DNA of 64,000 nt from a virus (Duplodnaviria; Caudoviricetes). The first letter of the stretch is position 1; every line of letters starts with the position of its first letter. Shown piece after piece: positions 20,245 to 30,126 of the stretch. A program made the translations under genes and the position numbers. The stretch covers positions 1 through 64,000 of IMG/VR virus record IMGVR_UViG_2706796498_000001. One strand, written 5' to 3'. The notes under the pieces are model-generated. The model saw only the letters and a list, made by a program, of their open reading frames with translations, was not told where the DNA came from and did no database searches.

Positions 20245-20462
20245 TTTTTATCTCCTTTAGTTACCTTTCCTTTTGCCAACCATCTTCTTTGTCCACGGTA
20301 CTTGGTGCCTTGGTACTTTGGTAGGTGCATATGCTTCGCTTGCCAATTAATAAACATTGGCCAATCTGCGTCAACACCTCGATCTACGCTTTTGTTAGCC
20401 TTCTCGTTCATGACAATGTATTTGTGCCAAGAACGTCTAGATCTAGGATTTATTTTTGTCAT
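20241..20462 (-). CDS. basic hypothetical protein
   Basis: translationally coupled in operon. Confidence 0.6.
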   Translation of the reverse strand: MTKINPRSRRSWHKYIVMNEKANKSVDRGVDADWPMFINWQAKHMHLPKYQGTKYRGQRRWLAKGKVTKGDKK

Positions 20463-20491
20463 TTGATCACCCCCATAAACCCCTACTATAC

Positions 20492-20788
20492 TTACTCATC
20501 GTCATCAGGAAGATAGCTTCCACATAGCTCAATCAAGTTAGCAAACATCTTTGAATTAGGCTTATCTAAGTAACCACCTTCTAATTTAATGGCAGGAGTC
20601 CCCTCAACTTCAATCATAGATAGCACAATTTCACCATCATATTTAACTATGACATCACCTGCGGATTGTTGCTGTAATTCAAGAAAAGTACCATTTAAGT
20701 TAGCTTTTGTATTGTCTTTTGTAATGATTTCACAGCTTAAATGTGAATCTATTTTAGTAAGTTTATTTTGTAATTCATTTTTTAACAT
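20492..20788 (-). CDS. hypothetical protein (family with 9594 and 10571)
   Basis: GAGGTGG RBS; GTPAI..LIELCGSYL. Confidence 0.7.
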   Translation of the reverse strand: MLKNELQNKLTKIDSHLSCEIITKDNTKANLNGTFLELQQQSAGDVIVKYDGEIVLSMIEVEGTPAIKLEGGYLDKPNSKMFANLIELCGSYLPDDDE

Positions 20789-21006
20789 TATTTATCCACC
20801 TCAACATTATAGAAGTTATCTACAAGTTCCTTAACCAAGGTTCTTTGTTCTTCTTCTGGGCATAGAGTTCTTAATATGATTTCCATTGCAATTGCACATT
20901 GAAGGCCATTATATTGTTCCCCTGCATTTTGAAATCCTTTAATAACTTGGCTAATTGTTTCTTCATCTAATTTCTCTTGTTCTAGGAAATGCTTATCTAT
21001 CTCCAT
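20788..21006 (-). CDS. hypothetical protein
   Basis: GGAGTG RBS, coupled ORF. Confidence 0.65.
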   Translation of the reverse strand: MEIDKHFLEQEKLDEETISQVIKGFQNAGEQYNGLQCAIAMEIILRTLCPEEEQRTLVKELVDNFYNVEVDK

Positions 21007-21018
21007 CTATCATCACTC

Positions 21019-21270
21019 CTAACAAATAATTGTCGGCTCCGAGAACTTATCAACATCAATAGCACTAACACAAAAATCAGAAGATTTGTATAAATGATGT
21101 GTCTGTACTCGGTTGAGAAACTTAGCCACCATCTCAATAGCATCATTTTCATTTTTGGCAACTACTACATGGCTTAATTCTAAGCCACGAACTTCTGGTA
21201 TCACCTCATAAATTTTAATCTTGCGTCCTCCTAATGTGCCTTGTCGTCCATGATGGCTTGCTTTTGCCAT
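21019..21270 (-). CDS. hypothetical protein (true start probably ~50 nt downstream)
   Basis: KIYEV...VVVAKNENDAIE motif; internal AGGAGG at ~21226-21232. Confidence 0.6.
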   Translation of the reverse strand: MAKASHHGRQGTLGGRKIKIYEVIPEVRGLELSHVVVAKNENDAIEMVAKFLNRVQTHHLYKSSDFCVSAIDVDKFSEPTIIC

Positions 21271-21386
21271 TGGTCAAACTCGTATTCCTTTTCCTTCTTA
21301 GCTTCTTCTGGGTGGTCACGATACCAGAGGTATTCGTCATACCCTAAGTCGTTTTCAAAACTGTAATCTTCGTACTTCTTATCCAT
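21231..21386 (-). CDS. small acidic protein
   Basis: MDKKYEDY start after AAGGAAGG in the promoter cassette. Confidence 0.65.
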   Translation of the reverse strand: MDKKYEDYSFENDLGYDEYLWYRDHPEEAKKEKEYEFDQWQKQAIMDDKAH

Positions 21387-21485
21387 TATTAGTACCTTCC
21401 TTTTCTTTTTGTTCTTATCCTTTCGACAACTATATAATACCACAAGTAGAGATAGTGTCAATACTTTTTGTTAAAAAATATAAAA

Positions 21486-21634
21486 TAAAAGACTGCCCTG
21501 TAAACCAATACAAGACAGCCTTTGCACTGAATAAAGTCAAGCTACCTACCTACCGCACAAGTCTCGTCACAATACTTTGCTACCAAGGGGATAGTAAACT
21601 TAACCAACATTAATTTAACGACTAAATCAATGTA
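21486..21634 (-). ncRNA. candidate small RNA with a C-rich (anti-SD) loop
   Basis: TTGACA (21668-63), 17 bp, TGnTACTAT (21645-40); no RBS-led ORF; ends in a terminator nearly identical to that of the neighbouring unit. Confidence 0.55.
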
Positions 21635-21684
21635 ACTATATAGTATCACTTTAATATGGTAATGTCAATAGTTTGTTCTAAAAT

Positions 21685-21770
21685 AAAAAGACTGTTTGTA
21701 AACTAATACAAGACAGCCTTTCAACTAGGAGTGTCCTTTGACTGAAATCAAAGTTATATACGGAGGATTA
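21685..21770 (-). ncRNA. candidate small RNA with two anti-SD motifs
   Basis: TTGACA (21803-798), TGnTATTAT (21781-76); AAUCCUCC and CACUCCU; terminator 21685-21721. Confidence 0.55.
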
Positions 21771-21811
21771 ACCTAATAATAACATACCTTTACAATATGT
21801 CAACCCTAAAA

Positions 21812-23680
21812 TTAACCATTTACACCATTATTGATAGTATAAGTAGAGTTGTCTTGAGAAGTTGTGCTAGTGAAGTTAGTGTAAGTACCACTTACAAGAA
21901 TTGTCCGTACTTCACGTGTTGGTGCGGCACTAAAGGCAACATAGGCGCTATTACCATCAATGGTACAAGTAATGCTTTGCCGATCATAACTTGCTAACAG
22001 CCCTTCGCTAACCTTTTGCTTCAAGAATGCTTCGATGAAACTAGCAATTAAACTCCCCGTAGTATTTACTACGCTAGAACCGATGAAGGTATCTTCAAGA
22101 TAGATACGAAGATCATCAAATAAGTAGTCGGTGATTTCCCGGAGTGAAACTAAGTTCTTAACTGGTTCATTCGTGGAGTTGTAAGTAGTAACATCTTCAA
22201 CAATCCGGTAGCCCCCAGATTGGTTGCGGTTAACTACCTTCTCAATTGCGATAACCCCATTATCATCAAGGGCGTTCAATTCATCACCATTGAAATTCTG
22301 ATCAAGGCTAGTTAATTCAAGATACTTGTGGGTAACAGCGTCACCAACACTCAAGGAACTAGCAACCCCCGCTACATAGGCGGCCATTAAGTAAGCGGGT
22401 GCGTGAACGACTTTCCCACTAAGACTATTGTAATACCCAGAGTTAGCTACTAAGGCAATACGATCAGACTTTAAAGCTGTTTGCCGATTGATAGCAGTGT
22501 TCATGCTTTCGTTAAATCCGCCACCAACCCAACCAAAGTAGTTATAACCAAGAATTTCTTCTTCATTTAAGAACTCTTTCAGTTCGGCGTGAATGTTTTC
22601 TTCACTCGTCAACGGAACAATGTAGTAAGCATTGACCCCATGAACGTTCTGGAACTTATCAGCCCAAGAAACTGGTACATTACCATCGCTACCACCAGAA
22701 AGATTAATAGCGTCAAATGGTACAAAGTCAATCTCTTGTGCATTAGCAGTAACTACCGTGTCACTACCACTAGCCTCGGCACTTACACCTGTTGGTGCCC
22801 CTAAGCGATTAACACTAATACCTACATAATCATCATAGCGAGTGGTGTAAAGTAAGTCACCATAAAAGTCGGTAATCGTAGTTGGTGAAGCGCTAGTACC
22901 CAAAGTAAGATAACCACTACCACTGGTCAAGTCCAAAGTGGTTGAATCAATGTTAGCACAACTCTTTAACGTTGTGACGGAAAAACCAGGTAATGCACTA
23001 ATGGCGGTGATAACCTTACCAATGTTATTGTAAGCGGTACTGGTCAAGTCCATCGTTAAGACTGTTTGTGTTGTCGAACTGGACGTATTTAATGCAATTT
23101 CAAAGGTTTGGGCACCAGAAAGATCACCCGTAATCTTATAACTAGCCCCCGTTACACTAGGAGAAGTCGGGTCATAACCAATCGTAAAGAGATTACCAAT
23201 ACTCATGTAAGTTTGAGAATACATCTTGGGTTCATAATCAACATGGAAATCATAAGCCCCAGATACAGGGTTCTTGTTAAATGAAACAGATACCTTATTA
23301 GCACTTGCCCCATAAACCGTAGAAGTAAAAGTTAAAGGCCCCTTGACCAACTTAGCTTGGGTTGCATTTTCAACCCGTTGTGCATAGATTGTCCCACCGT
23401 TTTGGTAGTAGCTACCAGTTGGGTTCCAGATTAATTCCATTGCTTCAACCAGATCACCAGACCCAAAAATGGCCCGGGCTTGGGAAGATGATTTAACTTC
23501 ATAGATATTATCTGGGTTGCCTTCTGTTGCTGATCCTAATAGGAAGATATTCTTGGACGAAGAACCTGCAACATTATTTAATGCGTTATCATTGTATTGT
23601 GTTGCAACGTGTGGACGTGTATTAGTTTCCTTAGGATAAATTAACTTCATCGTTTCAGATGATTTAGTTAGTGTTGCCAT
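21812..23680 (-). CDS. tail sheath protein
   Basis: 622 aa; IFGSGDLVEAMELIWNP, YYIVPLT...IHAEL, EDVTTYN motifs of Herelleviridae sheaths. Confidence 0.92.
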   Translation of the reverse strand: MATLTKSSETMKLIYPKETNTRPHVATQYNDNALNNVAGSSSKNIFLLGSATEGNPDNIYEVKSSSQARAIFGSGDLVEAMELIWNPTGSYYQNGGTIYAQRVENATQAKLVKGPLTFTSTVYGASANKVSVSFNKNPVSGAYDFHVDYEPKMYSQTYMSIGNLFTIGYDPTSPSVTGASYKITGDLSGAQTFEIALNTSSSTTQTVLTMDLTSTAYNNIGKVITAISALPGFSVTTLKSCANIDSTTLDLTSGSGYLTLGTSASPTTITDFYGDLLYTTRYDDYVGISVNRLGAPTGVSAEASGSDTVVTANAQEIDFVPFDAINLSGGSDGNVPVSWADKFQNVHGVNAYYIVPLTSEENIHAELKEFLNEEEILGYNYFGWVGGGFNESMNTAINRQTALKSDRIALVANSGYYNSLSGKVVHAPAYLMAAYVAGVASSLSVGDAVTHKYLELTSLDQNFNGDELNALDDNGVIAIEKVVNRNQSGGYRIVEDVTTYNSTNEPVKNLVSLREITDYLFDDLRIYLEDTFIGSSVVNTTGSLIASFIEAFLKQKVSEGLLASYDRQSITCTIDGNSAYVAFSAAPTREVRTILVSGTYTNFTSTTSQDNSTYTINNGVNG

Positions 23681-23760
23681 ATAATCCCCTTTTCTGTTAA
23701 GTTATTTAATTTACTACTTTCAATATAGCTATATTAGCAAACTTTATCTTAAATGGTCAT

Positions 23761-24693
23761 TTAGTTATAGAAACCAACCTCTGGATTCCCATAGTAAGCC
23801 TTAATACCATTAGCTAAGTCTTTCATATCTGATTGTAGTAGCTTAATATCAGCCGTGGTAGCCGTATTTTCGGCACTTGCTGTGGTGTTCATTCCCGTTG
23901 AAATTCCGTCCATCGAAACATTATAGGAAGCAATCCCAGCCCCGATAATGTTACGACCCCACTTTTCTAGAATTTCAATTGCGGCTAGTTTAGCCACATA
24001 GGATTGGACGTCTGGCTGAATCTGATAGTCATGGAACTCACCAATTCGATCACTAGCCGGCATCATACCCACAACAGATGTTACCCCTAGCATTTGAGGG
24101 CTTACTTCAATCTGTTGGAATGGTGTTGGAGCCATACCATACGGGTTAGAAAGGATTGGGTAGATAGTCGGGTTAATGGTTGTATTTAACCCTTGCATTA
24201 AGATACTAGGAGAAACCTGAATCTGGCCCGAACGATTATTAACCTTGACCCATTCCATAGGAACTCGCATAATCGTTTGATTGTTATAGTACAATGTTAA
24301 ATCTTTTACCGTCAAAATTGGCCGTAAAGTTGTATTCATATAAGCAAACGCATTAAAATCATTCCGGTGATAGTCTAGCCGATCAACTTGTAACCGAGGA
24401 AGAATCGCCAAGTCAAACTTCTTCTCTGTTTGTGAGACTGCCCGAATTAACATATTCTGATAGAAATCATCTGAATAGGATTCACCGGTTACTGGGTCTA
24501 CTAAATCCCTTCCCAAACCAAGTAATTCCTGTTGAATAATATCTTTATTTAACCCTAAATCATCTAGGCTGATATTCTTCCATTTATCATCTAACGCATA
24601 ATCTGGGTTGCCTGTATAATTCTGTAAGCTACCTGCGTCATCTACAATTGTAAAATAATCTTGTATATCTTTTAAAGACACCTTTTTCACCAC
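23761..24693 (-). CDS. head-tail connector / neck protein
   Basis: DPVTGE.YSDDFY, RPIL.V, WGRNIIGAGIAS..SMDGIS..TTASA conserved in Twort-like neck proteins; TATATTAA upstream. Confidence 0.75.
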   Translation of the reverse strand: MVKKVSLKDIQDYFTIVDDAGSLQNYTGNPDYALDDKWKNISLDDLGLNKDIIQQELLGLGRDLVDPVTGESYSDDFYQNMLIRAVSQTEKKFDLAILPRLQVDRLDYHRNDFNAFAYMNTTLRPILTVKDLTLYYNNQTIMRVPMEWVKVNNRSGQIQVSPSILMQGLNTTINPTIYPILSNPYGMAPTPFQQIEVSPQMLGVTSVVGMMPASDRIGEFHDYQIQPDVQSYVAKLAAIEILEKWGRNIIGAGIASYNVSMDGISTGMNTTASAENTATTADIKLLQSDMKDLANGIKAYYGNPEVGFYN

Positions 24694-24714
24694 CTATCTT
24701 TACTTAATATACAA

Positions 24715-24753
24715 TAAAAGCTCACCACCCATATTGGGTAGTGAGCTTCTTTT
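24715..24753. terminator. intrinsic terminator (bidirectional)
   Basis: AAGCTCAC.ACCC/GGGT.GTGAGCTT stem flanked by A- and T-tracts. Confidence 0.8.
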
Positions 24754-25285
24754 ATAAACTTGCGTATTGGTTTACGTGGAATATCAGCAAACAGACTTTA
24801 TTAGGTGACAGCACCTATCAGGCTTACTATTTGTTCGTCAACAAACAGCTCTGATAGCAAATGGCCAAGGCTGGGCTGGGATCGGTACCCACCAACTTTC
24901 ACTAAGCGTAAGCATAGATTGTAATATACATAACTTGTAAATTTAAATACCGTTAGCTACTCATACACCACTGGACTGTTATACACGTGTTACCACGCTT
25001 CATCGGTAACTACCTTAATGAGACCTCCCGCTTTGGGTCATTCGCTTGTTCAAGGCGATTTAACTACGGGTATAGTATTGTGGTTAGCCAGTCCGTGGCT
25101 ACCCTAAATCCTCAAGCTAATTTCCATGATTACCTCCACCCTAGATTTTTTTCTCTAGTTGGTAACACTATTAACTGTTACTAATTGAAATGGCTAAGCT
25201 ATCGTTTAACCACGTCTTAGGTGCTTTATAGGTAATCATGAGGGGCGGGTTTGCAATACCCTTATCCACCCACTTCAAGTTTACA
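24754..25285 (-). ncRNA. large structured ncRNA (~530 nt), ROOL-like candidate
   Basis: no credible ORF; TTGACG-17-TGnTAATAT promoter at 25320-25292; terminator directly after; ends pair (24755-62/25276-83); perfect 11-bp helix 25125-35/25230-40; many hairpins. Confidence 0.65.
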
Positions 25286-25309
25286 TTTATTATATTAACA
25301 TACTAGAGT

Positions 25310-26059
25310 TTAGTCGTCAAGGATTTCGTGGAACTTTTTTTGTGATCCAAGATAAGTTGGCTTATTTGTCCACATGAAGTAGGCACCAGAATCAGTAGAG
25401 ATAACCAAATGCTTGTTATTAATGATAATTCTACCCATGCTAAACTGGAGTGATGGATCATCTTTATGGTCATCTAGAACTTCCAAAGCCGAATTAATGG
25501 TTTCTTCACGCAAAGATAAGGCGTCTTTGAATATGTTAGCCATATGAATCAAACTCTTAATCTTATCCTCAAAAGTGTCCGTAGACTTACAATCTAATGA
25601 TAAAGACCCTTGTAAGTGTGGGCCATCGACTGTTACAAATTCTTTGGTTACACGCAACTTAAAACCCACAAAGTAAAATGTCCGATATTCTTCCCCGTTT
25701 GAGTTCCAATTCTGTTGGGTCAACCCTCGAGTAAGTTGGCTAGATACTTCCTTCAAAAAGTTAATGGAATCATGTAAGGGATTGTAAGTAACAACTTCCT
25801 CACGTTCATCTAGGGGAGTTTCATTAAGCAAAACCGCCTCCTCAAAGATACTAACTGATGTTGAATCAGTTAGCTGATATACTAGCATAGTACCATAAAT
25901 AAGCTTGCTAATTTTAAGTAATGGCCAACCTGTCTTTTGGCTAACTACTTTAACCTCTTGATCATCAACATCGACCTTCCAAGGAGTAGCCTCCTTATCT
26001 GATACTAAAGCCTCATTAGTTAATGAATCAACTGCTTGAATAAATTCTTTATACTTCAT
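25310..26059 (-). CDS. hypothetical protein
   Basis: 249 aa with AAGGA RBS and cassette promoter. Confidence 0.75.
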   Translation of the reverse strand: MKYKEFIQAVDSLTNEALVSDKEATPWKVDVDDQEVKVVSQKTGWPLLKISKLIYGTMLVYQLTDSTSVSIFEEAVLLNETPLDEREEVVTYNPLHDSINFLKEVSSQLTRGLTQQNWNSNGEEYRTFYFVGFKLRVTKEFVTVDGPHLQGSLSLDCKSTDTFEDKIKSLIHMANIFKDALSLREETINSALEVLDDHKDDPSLQFSMGRIIINNKHLVISTDSGAYFMWTNKPTYLGSQKKFHEILDD

Positions 26060-26232
26060 GTTTGTTTCCTTCTTTCTTTATTCCTTTTGACAACTCTATA
26101 ATAACACACCTAAAATTATTGTCAACATCTTTTTTAAGTTATTCAATATATAACAAAAGTCCCTAGAATCGTTTATAAAGGCTTTTATTGGTTATTCGAT
26201 TAATTAACGTGTACTTTCAGGATATATGCTGT

Positions 26233-26775
26233 TTATTTATATCTGATAAGGGTTGCCCCTTCTTCAATATTAGCCCCTCGATTTAATTGAGTAGCAGTAA
26301 TGACTAGCGTATCTGTTTGTTGGGCTAACTTTACTAGATTCCGAAAAAGTGATTCTCCTGCCTTGGCTTCGTTATCTGAATACTCTTGACGCTTTAACAG
26401 GTCTACATAGTCTAAAACTACCATATCAATTTTAATATCGTTTAATCGTTCTACGGATAGAATCATCTGTTTTAAATCATCAACCTTTAAAGTTAAGGGA
26501 GTAGACTCTTTAAAATAAACATTCCCATAACCGCCAATATTAGCTAAGTTATGGTAATAAGATTGTAACTTGCTAATATATTCTGGGTTAAAATCTTCCA
26601 AAGTAACGTGTAAAATATTATTGCCATCTTGCATTACATAATTATAGATTAGGTTGGTAAGCAAAGTCGACTTACCGCCACCTGGCTTAAAACCAAACAA
26701 AGCTACCTTTCCCAATTCTAGATCATCAATAGTAGCCTTGATCTTGTCAAACTCTGTCATACCTTCTTGCTTCAC
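26233..26775 (-). CDS. truncated DnaB-like helicase ATPase fragment
   Basis: GGGKST Walker A, TLE, VVLDYVDLL, ATQLNR; ends before motif H4 and lacks the N-terminal domain. Confidence 0.7.
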   Translation of the reverse strand: MKQEGMTEFDKIKATIDDLELGKVALFGFKPGGGKSTLLTNLIYNYVMQDGNNILHVTLEDFNPEYISKLQSYYHNLANIGGYGNVYFKESTPLTLKVDDLKQMILSVERLNDIKIDMVVLDYVDLLKRQEYSDNEAKAGESLFRNLVKLAQQTDTLVITATQLNRGANIEEGATLIRYK

Positions 26776-26924
26776 TTTGAATTCCTTCTTTCATTTTTTT
26801 CTTTTATGTTTGCTACGACTATATAATATCACATTTACAACTATTGTCAACATTTTTTTTTGGATATTTTTTATAAAGTAAAAGCCCTTAGAATCGTTTC
26901 TAATGGCTTTTAATAGTTATTCGA

Positions 26925-27158
26925 TTAATTGTACATATGCTTGGCTAAAGTGTCTGTATTGTCCTCTAGTGAGCTACTAGGGGTATATTCGTTTTCCTTG
27001 TAAGTTAATGCTACATAGTGACCAGCACCAGCTTTATTAGCATGAGGAAAAGTTTCAACTCGGTAAACAAAGTGAGATTTAATGAAGTTATTCACGTCCT
27101 CGTCCGTATAGTGATCTTCGGGCTTAAACAACTTGATCTTAACAGTCATTATCATCAC
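26925..27158 (-). CDS. hypothetical protein
   Basis: overlaps the polymerase stop; AGGTGA RBS. Confidence 0.6.
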   Translation of the reverse strand: MMIMTVKIKLFKPEDHYTDEDVNNFIKSHFVYRVETFPHANKAGAGHYVALTYKENEYTPSSSLEDNTDTLAKHMYN

Positions 27159-30114
27159 CTACCAAACTATTTTTTAGTTGGTTAAGGTATTCATCATGTT
27201 CCTTAACTAATTGTTCCTTCTTATCTTCATCATCTTCTTTGCCTAAGTCAGTATTAAGTTTATCCTTAGAATACTTAACCTTCTTCGCATAATCATAATA
27301 CCTGTCCATACCAACCCGTTCAATTAGATCAGTATTGTAGTCAAGTTCTTCTCCGTATACGTGGCCAAATTCAATTTCTGCAAAGAGTGGGAAGCGGAAC
27401 TGTTTATCATTAATCTTGTACTTGTCATCAATTCGTAAATCAGGAAAATCAGCAATGTTAAGAATGAAGGCTGGAATTTCTACCTGTTCCATGATTTCCT
27501 TAACTAATCTAGGAACTACCATTACTTCATCAGGGTGAACGTCTAGCACAATACTATCATGAACCGTTGCAACCAATTCTGACTTATAGCCTCGTAGCAC
27601 TTCTCTAACCTTAATCAAGGCGGTGTTAGTAACGTTAGCCCCGCTACCTTGGACAAGCGCATTGAAGGACTGTCGAAGCGCCCTTGCCTTACTACCATAG
27701 CTACCATACTTTGCGTCAGGGAGACGGCGAACGTGCCCCCGAATAGTTTCAACATATCCACGTTGTTCAACAAAATTGTGTACGGCGTCAATGACCTTAG
27801 ATAGGGTCGGCATGGCCCCTAATACCTTTTGCATTGTGTCCTTAGCTTCTTCTAGGCTGGAATGCAATGTTTCAGCTAACCCTTGCTCTGTCTCGCCATA
27901 CATAAGCCCGAAACCTACTGATTTAGCCTTAAAACGTTGGTCAGCAGTAACCTCATCAAAAGGAACATGGAACGCCTTACTAGCATTAGACTTATGAATA
28001 TCGGCTCCGTCCATTAACGTCTGCATAAGCCCTAAATCCTTAGTAATCAATCCAGCCACAAAGTATTCTAGGGACTTGTAGTCAATGTTAAAAATATATC
28101 CATTATCAAACCTAGACACGAATAATGCTTTAACGGGATAATTATAATTAGGGTCATAAACGTTAGAAGTTGGCTTGAGGATATTTTGAATGTTCGGGTT
28201 CTGACTAGCAAGACGGCCAGTCGAGGTTCCTGTAATCTGGAATTTAGTGTGGATAATACTATTGTCATCTAACAAACTACCATAAGAATCAGTAACCCCA
28301 CTCACCATCTTCTTATCCTTAGAGTAAGTAAGTAATAAGTCAGCCAATGGTTCATGATACTTATTCTTTATATATGGTAAAGCAACCTTACGATCAGACT
28401 TATACATCTTCCAAGTAATCTGATCTTCCTTCCCAGCATAGCGGGAATACTTGTCAGATAGATATTCTTTCTCTGGTGGTAGTTCGTACCCCATCATCTT
28501 ATATAAGACATAATTTACATCATCACGACTACCCGGGTTAAATTGATAACCATATAGGCCATTAGTTTTTTTAGAGTATTTAAAGTAGTCCTTAAATTTC
28601 TGTTTCTGTTCTGGGGTTCGATCAGCAGGCTTAATCTGCTTAATCTTTTCCCGCTCCTGAACATAACCCTGACGTTGATGTTCTAGTTCATTGACTTCGG
28701 GGACTGTATCATGAATCTTCTTAGTAATATCTTCTTGTTCTTTTAGGAAGTGGTCGTGATAATTATTTAAATTAGCTCGATCAACCTTAAAGCCAGTGCT
28801 TTGCATAAAGGCTAGAGTTTCTACTAACTTAGGATAATAGTTAAAGACCATATCAAACCATTTTTTGTGTTCTCTAATCTTTGGTAAGAACTGGTGATAT
28901 AGATGTAAGGTAACGTCTGTATCAGCACTAGCATACTTATATAGTAAATCTAAAGGTAGCCATTCAAAGTTAAATTTACCGCCGTCAACTTCGTTTTTAG
29001 GGGGTTCATACTGTGATTTAACAACTCGTTTAATCTCACCCCGAGCTAACTTCTCTTTTTGTTCATTCTCCCAACGATCATGGTGCTTTTGTAAATAATC
29101 TTCCATAGCCAGATCACGTTCATCTTCATAGCCCCCCATGTCCGTAAAAAGATAGGCAAGGTGCTTTAGACCACGCTGTGCGCCCTTTTCTTCGGTGTAC
29201 ATCTCGTAATACATTAGCATGGTATCTAAAACTCTTTGAGCGTGTTTTAGCCCATAAATATCCATTAGCATTTGGAGGTCATAGTTAGCATTGTGCATGA
29301 CTTTCCAATGTGGGGAATCAAAAAAGGATAAAATCCAATTAATGATATAGTCGAACTGTTCTTTTGTCCAAAGGTTAGAATATAACTTGTGTTCAAGGGG
29401 GATTGAAACCCCTTGGTGTTCTTCCCACGACATACTTAGCATGATTGCCTTGGCCCCTGAACGATAGGTTTCTAGGGTATTAGTTTCAAAGTCCATAGCA
29501 ATAACGTGCTTATCTGGTAACGAAGAAACATAATCGAAAGTTTGTTTCACCTTATCAAAATCATCTAATAGTTCATAGCTACCAAATTGTGGGAGAGTGT
29601 TGACAAACCCACCCTTTAAGAAACGATTGATAGTCCGATTCTGAATTAGGTATTGGTCATGTTCAATTGGTGATAATTGGTTTAACCGCCGGAGAGAAGG
29701 GCTAAAGGCAAAGTAAGTGGTGAACCCGTCTAAGTCAATCTTAGTCAGCTCATATAACTTCTTTTTCACCCCTGTACGCTTGCATAAAGCGTTAGCGCAC
29801 CAAGACCCAAACACCACTACAATATCAGGTTTATCCTGTTTGATAGTAAAGATAAGTTTAGTTAGATACTTGTTAATGGTATCAGCTTTAGGCTTAGCAT
29901 AGGTATCTTCGTTAATCATGCGAGGAACTTCCTGAATAAAGAAGCCAACGCTTAACTCATGATCTTTCGTATCTAACCCCTTTTGGGGGTGATTAATCAC
30001 TTCGTTCATCAAGATACGGCCTAGCTTAGAACTAGCAACCTGTTGGGTAACTTGATTATTTACCACTTTGAACATATCTTCCTGATATGAATCAATAATA
30101 ATCTTGATCTTCAT
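27139..30114 (-). CDS. DNA polymerase, family A, with 3'-5' exonuclease and N-terminal UDG-like domain
   Basis: DFETN, HNANYD, YASADTD exo motifs; TGRLASQNPNIQN, DYKSLE, RFKAKSVGFGLMYG, TVHDSI. Confidence 0.93.
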   Translation of the reverse strand: MKIKIIIDSYQEDMFKVVNNQVTQQVASSKLGRILMNEVINHPQKGLDTKDHELSVGFFIQEVPRMINEDTYAKPKADTINKYLTKLIFTIKQDKPDIVVVFGSWCANALCKRTGVKKKLYELTKIDLDGFTTYFAFSPSLRRLNQLSPIEHDQYLIQNRTINRFLKGGFVNTLPQFGSYELLDDFDKVKQTFDYVSSLPDKHVIAMDFETNTLETYRSGAKAIMLSMSWEEHQGVSIPLEHKLYSNLWTKEQFDYIINWILSFFDSPHWKVMHNANYDLQMLMDIYGLKHAQRVLDTMLMYYEMYTEEKGAQRGLKHLAYLFTDMGGYEDERDLAMEDYLQKHHDRWENEQKEKLARGEIKRVVKSQYEPPKNEVDGGKFNFEWLPLDLLYKYASADTDVTLHLYHQFLPKIREHKKWFDMVFNYYPKLVETLAFMQSTGFKVDRANLNNYHDHFLKEQEDITKKIHDTVPEVNELEHQRQGYVQEREKIKQIKPADRTPEQKQKFKDYFKYSKKTNGLYGYQFNPGSRDDVNYVLYKMMGYELPPEKEYLSDKYSRYAGKEDQITWKMYKSDRKVALPYIKNKYHEPLADLLLTYSKDKKMVSGVTDSYGSLLDDNSIIHTKFQITGTSTGRLASQNPNIQNILKPTSNVYDPNYNYPVKALFVSRFDNGYIFNIDYKSLEYFVAGLITKDLGLMQTLMDGADIHKSNASKAFHVPFDEVTADQRFKAKSVGFGLMYGETEQGLAETLHSSLEEAKDTMQKVLGAMPTLSKVIDAVHNFVEQRGYVETIRGHVRRLPDAKYGSYGSKARALRQSFNALVQGSGANVTNTALIKVREVLRGYKSELVATVHDSIVLDVHPDEVMVVPRLVKEIMEQVEIPAFILNIADFPDLRIDDKYKINDKQFRFPLFAEIEFGHVYGEELDYNTDLIERVGMDRYYDYAKKVKYSKDKLNTDLGKEDDEDKKEQLVKEHDEYLNQLKNSLVGDDNDC

Positions 30115-30126
30115 CTTGTTATCTTC

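Noticed and set aside
21486-21721. Duplicated terminator read as a CRISPR mini-array
   Set aside because: Only two imperfect copies ~200 bp apart with a promoter between them; no repeat family recognised.
24987-25184. 65-aa ORF inside the 530-nt element
   Set aside because: No RBS and opposite to the promoter-terminator orientation.
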